NCBI GenBank assembly: GCA_007376395.1
Contig: VMGE01000003.1
Span: forward strand, 26,057-90,056
Direction of reading: 5' to 3'
DNA length: 64,000 bases
Source: Microgenomates group bacterium Gr01-1014_5
GTDB taxonomy: Bacteria; Patescibacteriota; Microgenomatia; UBA8517; UBA10165
Both the position numbers and the translations under genes were made by a program. Under the pieces are notes generated by a model. That model was not told the DNA's origin and searched no databases. It saw only the letters and a list, made by a program, of their open reading frames with translations. Shown here piece by piece: positions 18,834 through 29,244 of this stretch. The number at the start of each line of letters is the position of its first letter. Positions within the stretch are counted from its first letter, which is position 1.

Positions 18834-19946
18834 TTAGGTAACTAATTCGTAATATGCCCCTTTAGTCTTTCCTTTTTTCCTAAGAATTTTCTTTTTAACC
18901 AAATCCTGCAGTTCGCGCAAAACCGTATCTTCAGAAATCATCGAAAAAACAGAACGCAAGTCAGACATTGACGCTCTTTGGTTGTCTGACAAATACTCGG
19001 CTATTCTAATTTGGCGGTCTGACAAGAGCACTTGCTGTCCGCGTTTTGTTTTAATCCGCGCGTCCACCGACAACTTTCTTACTTTGTCTCTTACTCTTAC
19101 CAATTCTATAGATAATCCATGGGTAAAATACTCTATCCAGCCGGTAAGATCCCGTTCGTTTAATTCCCGAGACTGGTTAGAAGTTTGAATTAAAGCCGTG
19201 TAATAACTTTCTGCGTCCCGGTCAAAATACTCTTCTAAGGCAAAAAGGCGTTTAATGTCATAGCCCTCGATAAACATGACTAAGGTAGCGTATGCGCGGG
19301 CTGTACGGCCGTTGCCCTCAACAAAAGGGTGGATGGCGGCCAAGGCATAATGGGCAACCGCGGCACGGATTACGGGGTGAATATCGCGAGCTTGATTGTT
19401 GTTCAGCCAAGAGAGAAAATCTTCCATCAAGTAAGGCACTTCGAGGGCTGGAGGAGGGCGGAAAGTTATTTCGTTTGTTCGCGAATCGCGCAGGACAACC
19501 TGAGTCTTTCTGTATTCACCGGCTAATTCTTCGGCGACAATTCTGTGGACTGCCTGTTTGTGCAGTTCTTTTACTTGTGCTTCTGTATATTTCAAATCTT
19601 GTCCCCTGTGATCCTGAAAAAGCTTATCGACAAGGAGCATTACTGCCCGGTAATTAATAATTTCCTGGATATCGCGCTCGCGAGCCACAACATTTACCTT
19701 TTCCGCCACCACTTCGGCCTGTGTTTCGCTCCCAGCCCCTGCCATAACTTTTCCTGCCTGATCTAGCGATAAATCATTGCCTTCGATGTGAGTTCCGTGG
19801 TGAACAGTCCGGATTAAAGCATCTTCTCTAAACTGCCGCTCGTAGCCCGGGATAATCGGCGCGTTTTCCACCACTTCGCGGCAGGCTTCTATCGTCCCGA
19901 TATTTTTCAGGATGTTATTTGTGATAGTATATTTAGGAGAATACAT
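18834..19946 (-). CDS. Fic/DOC family protein (AMPylator) with a C-terminal winged HTH
   Basis: HPFVEGNGRTAR matches the Fic motif HPFx[DE]GNGR. Confidence 0.88.
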   Translation of the reverse strand: MYSPKYTITNNILKNIGTIEACREVVENAPIIPGYERQFREDALIRTVHHGTHIEGNDLSLDQAGKVMAGAGSETQAEVVAEKVNVVARERDIQEIINYRAVMLLVDKLFQDHRGQDLKYTEAQVKELHKQAVHRIVAEELAGEYRKTQVVLRDSRTNEITFRPPPALEVPYLMEDFLSWLNNNQARDIHPVIRAAVAHYALAAIHPFVEGNGRTARAYATLVMFIEGYDIKRLFALEEYFDRDAESYYTALIQTSNQSRELNERDLTGWIEYFTHGLSIELVRVRDKVRKLSVDARIKTKRGQQVLLSDRQIRIAEYLSDNQRASMSDLRSVFSMISEDTVLRELQDLVKKKILRKKGKTKGAYYELVT

Positions 19947-20057
19947 AGTTCAGATAATCAGGTCGCCAGATTTCGGATTGCCAGACTGCCAGATCTGAAA
20001 ATCTGATCATCTGATAATCTGGGTGTCTGAATATATCTTACGGTAATATTGCGTTAA

Positions 20058-20339
20058 ATGCCAACAAAAAAAACTAAGTCGCAGACCCACAGAGGTTTCT
20101 TGGGTTCAATCACCAACGAAATGCTCAAACTCTCAACGACCGGGTTTGGCTTGGTTGCCGCCTTGGCATGGAACGAGGCTGTCAAAACTTTTATTGAGGA
20201 TTATGTTAAACCTTACACTCCAGGGTCTGGCTTAGTTTCCCAAATTATTTATGCTGTCATCATCACCCTCCTTGCTGTTACTATCACCTATCAGCTCACA
20301 GTCCTCAAACGCAAATTCACAAGCAAAAGCTCAAAGTAA
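20058..20339 (+). CDS. Small membrane protein
   Basis: ORF track; TM segments; conserved-looking. Confidence 0.45.
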   Translation: MPTKKTKSQTHRGFLGSITNEMLKLSTTGFGLVAALAWNEAVKTFIEDYVKPYTPGSGLVSQIIYAVIITLLAVTITYQLTVLKRKFTSKSSK

Positions 20340-20342
20340 CCT

Positions 20343-21542
20343 TTGACACTAAGTAGAATTTTTGACGAGCAAGCTTCAAACCTATACAATCAAGCCATGC
20401 AAGGTAAAGATTTACTCGACCGGCGCGTTGCCAATGTTTTGCCGTCAAAAGATGGTTTGGCGGATTTGATGGGTAAGAAAAAAATCCGTCTCTATCAGGG
20501 TTTTGACCCAACAGGAACAAGGCTTCATCTTGGACATTCGGTCGGCATCCGCAAACTGATGGATTTTGCGAACGCGGGTCACGAAGTCATTTTTCTTTTC
20601 GGCACAGGAACAGTACTCGCCGGCGGAGGTGACCCTTCTGGGCGCGAGACCGGACGGAAAATGATCACCCAGGAAGAAATTGACGAAAACATTAAAGGGT
20701 GGAAGGATCAAGTTGCCCCGCTTGTCGACTGGGACAAGGTCTCAATTAAACAAAACGGTGATTGGTTAGTACCATTATCTTTAAAAGATATTCTAAGTGT
20801 TGCATCCCACCTCTCGGCGGTTCAGTTGTTCAAGCGGGAAATGTTCCAGCGCAGAATAGAAAACGGCGACACCGTCTCGTTTGCCGAAACTTTCTATCCC
20901 ATGCTCCAGGGATATGATTCTGTAGTTATGGATGTTGACCTTGAAATCGGGGGCACTGATCAAGAATTTAACATGCTCATTGGGCGCGAACTAATGAGAA
21001 AAATTAAGGGTAAAGAAAAATTCGTTTTAACAACTCCTATGATCCTCGGTACCGACGGTCAACAAATGAGTAAGACGCGAGGCAATGCCGTATGGCTCGA
21101 CGACACGGCAGAAGATATGTTTGGAAAACTAATGGCTCTTCCTGATGAACATGTTGCAAGTTATATTGAGTTAGTTACCGATCTTCCAATCGATAGCACT
21201 AAAGATCTGCACCCAATGGAAGCTAAAAAAGTATTAGCTTTTGATGTTGCAAAACAATTCCACGGAGAGGAAAAAGCTCAAGAAGCGAAAAGTATATGGG
21301 AATCAACATTCCAAAAAGGCGAGGTTCCGACTGATATTCCAACCCATAAATTAAACGGAGAAGAGAATGTTGTTGATATTCTCGTCAATTCAGGAACAGT
21401 TTCAAGTAAATCAGAAGCCAGGCGCTTAATCGAACAGGGTGGAATTGAGCTAGACGGAACCAAAGTTACAGACCCGACTATAAACTTAGATGCCTCAGGC
21501 ACCCTCCGCATCGGCAAACATCGTTTCCTCAAAGTGCAGTAA
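20343..21542 (+). CDS. tyrS: Tyrosyl-tRNA synthetase
   Basis: HIGH motif (TRLHLGHSVG), KMSKS motif (QMSKTRGN) and a C-terminal S4 domain. Confidence 0.93.
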   Translation: MTLSRIFDEQASNLYNQAMQGKDLLDRRVANVLPSKDGLADLMGKKKIRLYQGFDPTGTRLHLGHSVGIRKLMDFANAGHEVIFLFGTGTVLAGGGDPSGRETGRKMITQEEIDENIKGWKDQVAPLVDWDKVSIKQNGDWLVPLSLKDILSVASHLSAVQLFKREMFQRRIENGDTVSFAETFYPMLQGYDSVVMDVDLEIGGTDQEFNMLIGRELMRKIKGKEKFVLTTPMILGTDGQQMSKTRGNAVWLDDTAEDMFGKLMALPDEHVASYIELVTDLPIDSTKDLHPMEAKKVLAFDVAKQFHGEEKAQEAKSIWESTFQKGEVPTDIPTHKLNGEENVVDILVNSGTVSSKSEARRLIEQGGIELDGTKVTDPTINLDASGTLRIGKHRFLKVQ

Positions 21543-21579
21543 AACCAGCCTCAAAAGGTGAGACCCTGCGAACCTAAAA

Positions 21580-22650
21580 TCACAACTCGATAATTTGTGC
21601 GGATTTGCGCCATTCTTCTATCGTATGCGGGTCGGCTGTCGTAATAATCGTTTGTTGTCGACCAATTGTTTTCATTACTTCTTCCCTGTGTTTGTGATCC
21701 AATTCGGAAAAAACATCATCCAGCAAAAGTACCGGGCGCGAGCCGCTTTTTCCGTCGATAAAGGCAAGCTCTGCCAATTTTAGCCATAAAACAACCATTC
21801 TTTGCTCGCCCCGTGAGCCGTATATCGCCAGGTTTCTTTTTTCCTGTGCGCTGTTCCCTATGCCCTGTGCCCTAAAACCAAAATCATCCCTATGCGGTCC
21901 AACCAATGTCGCTCCGGCCGCGACCTCTTCTGCTTCGTATTCTTTAATCCTCGCCGGAGAAATCGTACTGCGGTCATACTCCAAAGATAATTCCTCACTA
22001 TCTAAAGGCTCGGTCATATTCACAAAATCAATAAATTCTTCTCTTACATGAGTTAAATATTCGCCATTCTTAATTAAAAGCTGATCCCAAAACATTAATT
22101 GCGAACGTTTGGCTTCTCCTTCCCGAATGCGCTGTAAAAGTTTGTTTCTTTGTCTTACTCCTTTTTCGTAAGACAAAAGAGAACGGCGGTATTCGCGGTC
22201 AACCTGCGAACAAACGGAATCCAAAAATCTGCGCCTTGCAGACGGAGAGCCGGTAACCAAATCAACATCCCAAGGACCAAAAAGCACAGTTTTTAAAGTT
22301 CCGACAAAGTCATAGAAACGCTTTGGTGTTTCGTTAATCATTAATTTCTTTCTGGGGATTTTCTCGCCATTCAACTCCCCCCTTGTTACCACTACTTCCA
22401 ATCCCACTTCCCCTTCATCTCCCCCTCCAGCTTCACACATCACACGTCCCACTTCTTCGGTACTTTTAATCATCTCCGCTTCGACACTTGCCCGAAAAGA
22501 TTTCCCGGTTGAAAGTAAAGAAATTGCCTCTAAAATGTTTGTTTTCCCGGCAGTATTTGGCCCAACAATAATGGTTGTTTCTTCCGAGAACGTAAATTCT
22601 TTTTTCCCAAAACTCCTAAAGTTTTGTAATACAAGATTTTTAATTAACAT
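21580..22650 (-). CDS. recF: DNA replication and repair protein RecF
   Basis: N-terminal MLIKNLVLQNFRSF...GPNTAGKTNILEAI Walker A and a C-terminal SMC-like signature. Confidence 0.9.
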   Translation of the reverse strand: MLIKNLVLQNFRSFGKKEFTFSEETTIIVGPNTAGKTNILEAISLLSTGKSFRASVEAEMIKSTEEVGRVMCEAGGGDEGEVGLEVVVTRGELNGEKIPRKKLMINETPKRFYDFVGTLKTVLFGPWDVDLVTGSPSARRRFLDSVCSQVDREYRRSLLSYEKGVRQRNKLLQRIREGEAKRSQLMFWDQLLIKNGEYLTHVREEFIDFVNMTEPLDSEELSLEYDRSTISPARIKEYEAEEVAAGATLVGPHRDDFGFRAQGIGNSAQEKRNLAIYGSRGEQRMVVLWLKLAELAFIDGKSGSRPVLLLDDVFSELDHKHREEVMKTIGRQQTIITTADPHTIEEWRKSAQIIEL

Positions 22651-22697
22651 TTGGATTTAAAATTATACACCCCTATGTAGGAGTGTATAATACAAAG

Positions 22698-23558
22698 CTA
22701 TATCTGGCAGTGGGGGCAGAAAAAAGTACCGCGGCCGCCAATTTTCATTGTAGAAATTTTTCCACCACACCTTGAACAAGGCTTTTTGTAAAAACCATAG
22801 ACTAGAAAATATTTTTGGTATTCACCCGTTTCTCCTAGAACGTTAACGTAAGTGAATTCCGAAGATCCGCCGTATTTCAGACCTTGTTTGAGCACTTCTT
22901 CTATAGATTGATATAACTTTTTGGTTTCATTAGTTGACAGTGATTTTGCCTGCCTCCTTGGATCAATACCGGCCAAGAAAAGGGCATCGTTGGCATAAAT
23001 ATTCCCTACTCCCCCAATTCTTTTCTGATCCATTAAAAGCACTTTAATTTTTGTATTTTTCCCAGAAACGATTTGCTTAAATTTCTCCGGGGTAAGAATT
23101 TCTCTTTCTCCGTCTCTGTTTCCAATCGGGGGCTCTGGGCCGAGTTCGCGGACAAATGGCATCTGTTCCACATCAGATGTGGATATTATTTTCAGCCACC
23201 CAAACTGCCTTATATCGTTGTAATACAAACTACCCTTATCTAACTTAAAAATCACATGCGTAAACTTGTTTGGCAGTTGTCCTACTGCCTTTGATACTCT
23301 TGATACTTTTGATTCATCTGATACCCAAATTAATTGTCCCGTCATTTTGACATGTATAGCTATTGAGTAATTATTGTCTAAGTCTAAACTTAAAGCTTTT
23401 CCAAACCTTCGGATTTTTTTAAATTTAGCACCTGTTATTTTTGTAATATCTCCCTGAAGAATTTTCTTGAGGCGCACTTCAACTTCGACAATTTTCTTGC
23501 CGACGACATATCTTTCCAAACCCAGTCTAATTGTCTCAACTTCAGGTAATTCTGGCAT
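22698..23558 (-). CDS. mutM: Formamidopyrimidine-DNA glycosylase. Start at MPELPEVE (23558).
   Basis: PELPEVE N-terminus and a C-terminal zinc finger CSRCGG...CPHCQ. Confidence 0.9.
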   Translation of the reverse strand: MPELPEVETIRLGLERYVVGKKIVEVEVRLKKILQGDITKITGAKFKKIRRFGKALSLDLDNNYSIAIHVKMTGQLIWVSDESKVSRVSKAVGQLPNKFTHVIFKLDKGSLYYNDIRQFGWLKIISTSDVEQMPFVRELGPEPPIGNRDGEREILTPEKFKQIVSGKNTKIKVLLMDQKRIGGVGNIYANDALFLAGIDPRRQAKSLSTNETKKLYQSIEEVLKQGLKYGGSSEFTYVNVLGETGEYQKYFLVYGFYKKPCSRCGGKISTMKIGGRGTFFCPHCQI

Positions 23559-23666
23559 AATTAATTGTTCTTGCCACGTAAATGCGCTCTTGTGACGCGA
23601 GGATGTAAACCTCGGGAACAAGTAAGCATTTTACTGTGGTCAACTTCGGGAAGTTCAGGCATTTAA

Positions 23667-24122
23667 TTAAAATCTTAACTCTTCTAATGGGGAATTTGTT
23701 CCGATTTTCCGCCTTACCTCCTGAAGAACTAACCACGGCCAGACTGAATCTGGATTATGTTGCTTGCACCTGTTCCAAATCTCAAAATACAAAGCAAACC
23801 TTCTTAGTTTCTCTGGGTCAAGATACTTTCGAACCATTATTCTATCTCTGCCCCTTGCTGTCTCCACCAAAGGAACCATAATTCCCCAATCTACAGCTTC
23901 TTTAAAAACTCCCCTTGTTTCGCTGGAATTAGTGTGAAGAATTTTAAGAAATGCTTGATTACCAGGAAGCTGACTTATCCTCATCCGGCCATCTTTTATA
24001 TTTGAAATTACCCTCATTTCAACGCTTTCCATGACCCGGCGAAGACCGGGATCAAGAATAAAACTATAGTCTGGTCCGGAAAACACAACCACTTCTCTTT
24101 CCCGCTCTTTTGTGTTTAGCAT
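23667..24122 (-). CDS. Hypothetical protein
   Basis: ORF track. Confidence 0.4.
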   Translation of the reverse strand: MLNTKEREREVVVFSGPDYSFILDPGLRRVMESVEMRVISNIKDGRMRISQLPGNQAFLKILHTNSSETRGVFKEAVDWGIMVPLVETARGRDRIMVRKYLDPEKLRRFALYFEIWNRCKQHNPDSVWPWLVLQEVRRKIGTNSPLEELRF

Positions 24123-24132
24123 AATATTGTCT

Positions 24133-25251
24133 TTAAATTACATCACTTATCAATTTTGTAATTTTCTTCTCAAAATTTTCCCTGGAAAAACGCTTGGCAT
24201 TTTCCTGAATTTCTTCTTTTTGCCACTTAATTCTCTCAAATTTGCCGAAAGCTCTTTTTAGACCTTCTAGGCTTGTATCATCTATTAAAAGCCCCGTTGA
24301 ACCGTCAACAACCGTTTCACGGAATCCTCCGCCGTTGTAAGCGATTACAGGAGTCCCTGCGGCTTGTGCTTCGACTACCGTCATCCCAAAATCTTCGTTT
24401 CGAGCGAATGCGAGAAACCCTTTTGCACGGGCGTATAACTGGTAAAGTTCTTCATCGTTTACCCTCCCTAATAATTCCAAATTGTTTCCCCCTCTTACTC
24501 TATCTCTTACTTTGGAAAACCCAGCCGCTTCCCCCACAACTCGCAACTTAAACCCTATCTTATTTGCCGCTTCTGCCGCTTCTTCTATTCCCTTGCCGCC
24601 CACCAATCTCGAAACAAGCAAAAAGAAGTCGTCTTTCTTTGTGCGGCGTGTTGTTTCAATAATCTTTTTAACTTCAACAGGAGGATAAATAACAATTGCT
24701 TCCTTCCTATAAAATTTTTGAATTCGTGCGCGAACTTCTTCAGAATTAGCAATAAATTGATCAACCTTTTGCGCAGACCAAAAATCATACATCCGCAAAA
24801 AGTGGTTAACAATGGCCGCATACACTTTAACCGGCCAGTATTTCATGACGTTAATACTTGTTTCGTAACCATAAAGATAACGCGGCGGAGTGTGACAATA
24901 ACAAATAACTTTCGTATATTTTCCTACCTTAAAACCGCGGGTTATGTTGAAACCTTTGGTTATAAACCAACTTGATGAGGCGATAACTAAATCGTATTCT
25001 GAAAAATCAAAACTACTCCAAACAAAAGGAGCCAAAAAACGTAAAGGGCTGTAAAGTTTTCCTACCCGCAAAATTGGCGCTAAAAAACTTTCGCGGATTT
25101 CCCGGTCTGCAAAGGATTTATCCATCAGAGAACCTTTTACTTTAAACGCGATATAGATAGGAGCGTCCGGAAACATATCAGACAAAACGCGTAAAACGCG
25201 TTCTGCGCCTCCAAATTCCGAAAAATAATCGTGAACAAGCGCTATTTTCAT
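24133..25251 (-). CDS. GT4-family glycosyltransferase
   Basis: EDFGMTVVEAQAAGTPVIA (E-x7-E) GT-B C-terminal motif. Confidence 0.85.
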   Translation of the reverse strand: MKIALVHDYFSEFGGAERVLRVLSDMFPDAPIYIAFKVKGSLMDKSFADREIRESFLAPILRVGKLYSPLRFLAPFVWSSFDFSEYDLVIASSSWFITKGFNITRGFKVGKYTKVICYCHTPPRYLYGYETSINVMKYWPVKVYAAIVNHFLRMYDFWSAQKVDQFIANSEEVRARIQKFYRKEAIVIYPPVEVKKIIETTRRTKKDDFFLLVSRLVGGKGIEEAAEAANKIGFKLRVVGEAAGFSKVRDRVRGGNNLELLGRVNDEELYQLYARAKGFLAFARNEDFGMTVVEAQAAGTPVIAYNGGGFRETVVDGSTGLLIDDTSLEGLKRAFGKFERIKWQKEEIQENAKRFSRENFEKKITKLISDVI

Positions 25252-25256
25252 AAATT

Positions 25257-26219
25257 CTAAATCAATCCAATTTGACCACCACTGCCGTTACCTGCTCTGG
25301 GATTTTTCTTTACAGATTTTGAGTTAATTTCAGCAGTGGCATTGCCGGTAACTCTTACAATAAGACTGCGAAATCCCAGTTCTTTGAGCTTGTTAATTAA
25401 TCTTTTGTTCTCTTTAAATCCATTAAGTTTGGCTCGTTCTAAATCAAACTCCAACGGCACGTCGTCTCTTATTGTTGCTAATTCTTTTGACAGCACCCCG
25501 CTCTCCTGTCCTTCTACTAGTTTCTTTGCGATATTCTTGCCCAACTTCCAATCTCTAGCCTCTAACCTCTTGTAGATATTTTCCAGCGTGCCATATTCTT
25601 CAATAAGCGTAACAGCCGTCTTTGGGCCAATTCCGGGAACACCCGGGTAATTATCTGACGGATCGCCAGTTAAAGCTTTGTAATCAACTACTTGACCCGG
25701 AGTCACACCCAAATACTCCCGCACCCCCGCACTATCAAAAATACGCGTCTGGCTAATACCTTTGGCTGGCATACAAATCTTAACGCCTTCGCCAACCAGC
25801 TGCAGCATGTCCCTGTCTCCAGTAACCACAATTACCTCGTTTACATCTTTGTGCTCTATGGCTTGGCGCGCAACAGTGGCAATCACATCGTCTGCTTCAA
25901 AACCCGGGGCTGTAAAAATAGGAATGTCTGCCGCCTCTACTACTTCCTGCACTATAGATATTTGGTCTTTCATCTCAAGATCCATGGATTTTCTTTTTGC
26001 TTGATAAGCAATATAAGCCGCGTGGCGAAACGTCGGAAACGGAAGGTCGAAGGCAACCGCTAAATAGTCAGGTTTTAATTCATCTATGGTTTTTAAAAGT
26101 AAGGCGGTGAAGCCATATACTGCATTGACTAACTTGCCAGAAGGTGAAGACAGCGCAGGATATGCATAATACGCCCGGTAAACCATCGCATGGCCATCTA
26201 TTAAAACTAATCTTTTCAT
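25257..26219 (-). CDS. Standalone 5'-3' exonuclease (Pol I N-terminal/FEN-like domain)
   Basis: MKRLVLIDGHAMVYRAYYA and the H3TH motif GVPGIGPKTA; about 320 aa with no polymerase domain. Confidence 0.9.
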   Translation of the reverse strand: MKRLVLIDGHAMVYRAYYAYPALSSPSGKLVNAVYGFTALLLKTIDELKPDYLAVAFDLPFPTFRHAAYIAYQAKRKSMDLEMKDQISIVQEVVEAADIPIFTAPGFEADDVIATVARQAIEHKDVNEVIVVTGDRDMLQLVGEGVKICMPAKGISQTRIFDSAGVREYLGVTPGQVVDYKALTGDPSDNYPGVPGIGPKTAVTLIEEYGTLENIYKRLEARDWKLGKNIAKKLVEGQESGVLSKELATIRDDVPLEFDLERAKLNGFKENKRLINKLKELGFRSLIVRVTGNATAEINSKSVKKNPRAGNGSGGQIGLI

Positions 26220-26348
26220 TTAACTGAGGCTAATTGTAACACGCCTACTCTTGTGAAGTGAAAAAATTAACCTGCTATAGCGTGCAAACGCTTCAAGTTT
26301 TGCTTAATACGAGCTTGTACGAGTATCAAGCTTTGCTTATACTAACTC

Positions 26349-26801
26349 ATGTCTTCTTTTGTCCTTTTTTACTTAGTACTTCATCTATTTCTTTTTGCTC
26401 TCTCTTTTTACAAAGTCTTTAAAAGCAAAGAGAAATTGGAGTTTATTTACGCATGGGCATTTATCTTCGGAGCGTTTGTTTGGGAAGATCTTTTGGTTCT
26501 TAGCCTTTTTAACGTTTTCTTTGCTTTTGTTGTTTACATTCTTGGTGATATTAAGATAGGAATTATCTTCCTGCTTGTTTTCTTTATCGTCCGTGCGTTT
26601 GGTGAAACAATTTATTACTTTCTTCAGCAATTTAACTCGCTTCCCCCCTATCCGCACAGACTTCATGCTCATTTTAAGGCTTTGAGGAGTATCTTGGGAG
26701 ACATCTCTGACCAAAAGTGTTTTATCCTCGGCCAAGTCCTTTTCCAGTGCATAACTGTACTTTCGGCTGTTTTACTAATTCTTTTTCTCCGGGGTTCTTA
26801 A
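26349..26801 (+). CDS. Hypothetical polytopic membrane protein
   Basis: ORF track; 4-5 hydrophobic helices. Confidence 0.45.
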   Translation: MSSFVLFYLVLHLFLFALSFYKVFKSKEKLEFIYAWAFIFGAFVWEDLLVLSLFNVFFAFVVYILGDIKIGIIFLLVFFIVRAFGETIYYFLQQFNSLPPYPHRLHAHFKALRSILGDISDQKCFILGQVLFQCITVLSAVLLILFLRGS

Positions 26802-26813
26802 TATACAGAAGTG

Positions 26814-28727
26814 TCAAGCACCAACCACGGCAAGCGCCGCCTTGGCCTCTTTATTTAGACGAATTTTTTCTCCTACTATCTTCTCAAATTCATCACGGTC
26901 TAAGGTCTCGTTTTTTATCAAAGCCTCGGCAACTTCTTTCAATTTTGACCTTAGCGACTTAAGGATTTTTATTGCTTGCTTGTGGCAGGTCTCAACAATC
27001 TCAGACACTTCGCGGTCAATTTTATCCTGCATCGAAGGAGAAACATTAATTGGTTCCATAAAACGCATGCGCTCGTCAATCTGCGGACTCCAGTTAACCG
27101 GACCAAGCTTACTCATTCCTAGTTCTAAAACCATACTGCGGGCAACATCGGTTGCCTTCTGAATATCAGAAGCAGCTCCTGCCGTCATTTCGTTAAAAAC
27201 CAAGGTTTCGGCCGCTCTTCCACCCATCATTACGGTAATCATTTGCAAAAGCCGGGTTTTTGTTTCGTGGATGCGATCCATTTCTGACGGAATATAAGTG
27301 TGACCTAAGCTTTTTGAGCGGGCAACAATCGAAATTGAATGGACAGGATCAACGTGCGGCAAGACATGTGCAACCATAGCGTGTCCCGCTTCGTGGAAAG
27401 CGGTAATCTCACGGTCTTCTTTGGTCTGTAAACGGTGTTTTGCAGGCCCAAGTTTTACTTTAGTCGCCGCCTCTTCGGTATGAAGAAAACTTATTTCCTT
27501 TGCGTTCTCACGTGCGGCAAAAATTGCCGCCTCGTTAAGCATGTTTTCTAAATCCGCGCCGGAAAATCCGACAGTACGCGAAGCTATTCTTTCCCAAGAA
27601 ATGCCATGAGCAAATTTTTTACCCTTGGAATGAATCTTTAGAATAGCGAGGCGACCCTCGCGGTCCGGCATATCAAGTGTTACTTCGCGGTCAAAGCGGC
27701 CGGGACGGACAAGAGCGCTGTCTAACAGATCGCGGCGGTTAGTGGCCGCGAGAACTATGACGTTATCGTTTGGAGTAAACCCATCCATTTCAACCAAGAT
27801 TTGGTTTAAAGTTTGCTCGCGTTCGTCATGCCCCCCGGCAAGTCCGTGTCCGCGCTGGCGCCCAATAGCGTCAATTTCATCGATAAAGATAATTGAAGGA
27901 GCCGCCTTTTTGGCAGTAGAAAAGAGATCACGAACTCTTGACGCCCCAACACCCACGAGCATTTCCATAAATTCGCTCCCTGCCATGGAGAAGAAAGGGA
28001 CTGCCGCCTCTCCTGCAACGGCGCGGGACAAAAGTGTTTTTCCGGTTCCTGCCGGACCGACAAGAAGAACTCCTTTTGGCGTGCGTGCGCCGAGCGCTTT
28101 GTATTTGCCTGGATTTTTTAAGAAATCGACAATCTCTTCCAGTTCCCGCTTTGCCTCGTCCACTCCGGCAACATCTTTAAAGGTTACATTTTGTTTACCC
28201 TTGGCAAAGACTTTTGCCCCGGATTTACCAAAGGAAAAAACCGAGTCTTGTGCCCCTCGGGCTTGTCTAAAAATAAAAAGGAAGAAAAGGGCCATTAACC
28301 CTACAGGCAAAAGAATACCTAAAATATCTAACCAGACACGGGAAAGGAGCTTATCTTCTATAGCAAACGACGTGACCGAAGGGTCTATCCCTGAATTCTT
28401 AAGAATTGTAGAAAATGACTCGCCCGACTCTTTAATCGAAGTCTTCTCTCCTCCGTCTTTATATTTAACCGTCAGGCGTTCTTCAGAAATACCCACCTTT
28501 TCAACTTTGTTTTCTTTAATATCTGCCAAAACTTGAGAGAGGGGAATATTTTCTTGACCCGATCGATAACTTGAGAAAGATAAAAGAAAGGGGCCGATAA
28601 AAAGAAGAGCCAAAGAAAGCAGTAAGAGATTTTTCAAATTAAATTTGAATTTAAGCTGTAGTTTTTTCCGGGTGTTTTTCCCGTTTCCCAGAATTTTAGG
28701 TAGTTTTGGTAAGTTTTTTATGGCCAT
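26814..28727 (-). CDS. ftsH: ATP-dependent zinc metalloprotease FtsH
   Basis: Walker [15 protein letters not shown] region and an HEAGHA zinc site. Confidence 0.93.
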   Translation of the reverse strand: MAIKNLPKLPKILGNGKNTRKKLQLKFKFNLKNLLLLSLALLFIGPFLLSFSSYRSGQENIPLSQVLADIKENKVEKVGISEERLTVKYKDGGEKTSIKESGESFSTILKNSGIDPSVTSFAIEDKLLSRVWLDILGILLPVGLMALFFLFIFRQARGAQDSVFSFGKSGAKVFAKGKQNVTFKDVAGVDEAKRELEEIVDFLKNPGKYKALGARTPKGVLLVGPAGTGKTLLSRAVAGEAAVPFFSMAGSEFMEMLVGVGASRVRDLFSTAKKAAPSIIFIDEIDAIGRQRGHGLAGGHDEREQTLNQILVEMDGFTPNDNVIVLAATNRRDLLDSALVRPGRFDREVTLDMPDREGRLAILKIHSKGKKFAHGISWERIASRTVGFSGADLENMLNEAAIFAARENAKEISFLHTEEAATKVKLGPAKHRLQTKEDREITAFHEAGHAMVAHVLPHVDPVHSISIVARSKSLGHTYIPSEMDRIHETKTRLLQMITVMMGGRAAETLVFNEMTAGAASDIQKATDVARSMVLELGMSKLGPVNWSPQIDERMRFMEPINVSPSMQDKIDREVSEIVETCHKQAIKILKSLRSKLKEVAEALIKNETLDRDEFEKIVGEKIRLNKEAKAALAVVGA

Positions 28728-28794
28728 AGCAATTAATTTTTAATTTATAATTTTCAATTTTTAATCAATATTTAATGTTTTAAATTTAGATTTA

Positions 28795-29178
28795 TTAACT
28801 CAATTTATCTCCAGGATCAGACCCAACGGGCGCTTCAACAGGCAAGGGTTTATCTTCGCCACCAACCGCTAACAACATTCCTTGCGATTCTTCACCGACC
28901 ATTGGTTTCGGTTCTAGATTGTAAACAAAGACAAACAGCTTGCCGAGAAAATGTTCTGATTCATACCATTTTGCTAATCCTGTAAAAATAGTTCTTTGTT
29001 CTTCTCCGAAGTCTACACTTAGTTTTATTAGTTTGCTACTTCCACTAACCTCAGAGGTCACGGTTACTTTTCCTACCCTAAGGTCAATTTGCGCAAAATC
29101 CTCGATTCCGATTGTTGCCTTCACAGGTTCAAAGTATATCACACACTGAGGCTGTTTTGAAGTTGACGATCTACGCAC
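28795..29178 (-). CDS. tRNA-binding domain protein (CsaA/EMAP-like)
   Basis: IDLRVGKV...EPKPMVGEESQGMLLA matches the Myf/tRNA-binding domain. Confidence 0.7.
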   Translation of the reverse strand: MRRSSTSKQPQCVIYFEPVKATIGIEDFAQIDLRVGKVTVTSEVSGSSKLIKLSVDFGEEQRTIFTGLAKWYESEHFLGKLFVFVYNLEPKPMVGEESQGMLLAVGGEDKPLPVEAPVGSDPGDKLS

Positions 29179-29244
29179 ATGCTCAGGTCTACGTCCGTCT
29201 TGCTGAGGCGGAAATCCGCCGCAGCTTTAGCGTAGGCGGACTAA

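Noticed and set aside
27742-28536. 264-aa plus-strand ORF inside ftsH
   Set aside because: Antisense to the highly conserved FtsH AAA/protease region; the long ORF is a by-product of codon bias on the opposite strand.
29180-29244. GCTGAGGCGG-aaat-CCGCCGCAGC hairpin between trpS and the CsaA-like gene
   Set aside because: This could be a terminator for trpS, but no U-run follows on the relevant strand. I left it uncalled.
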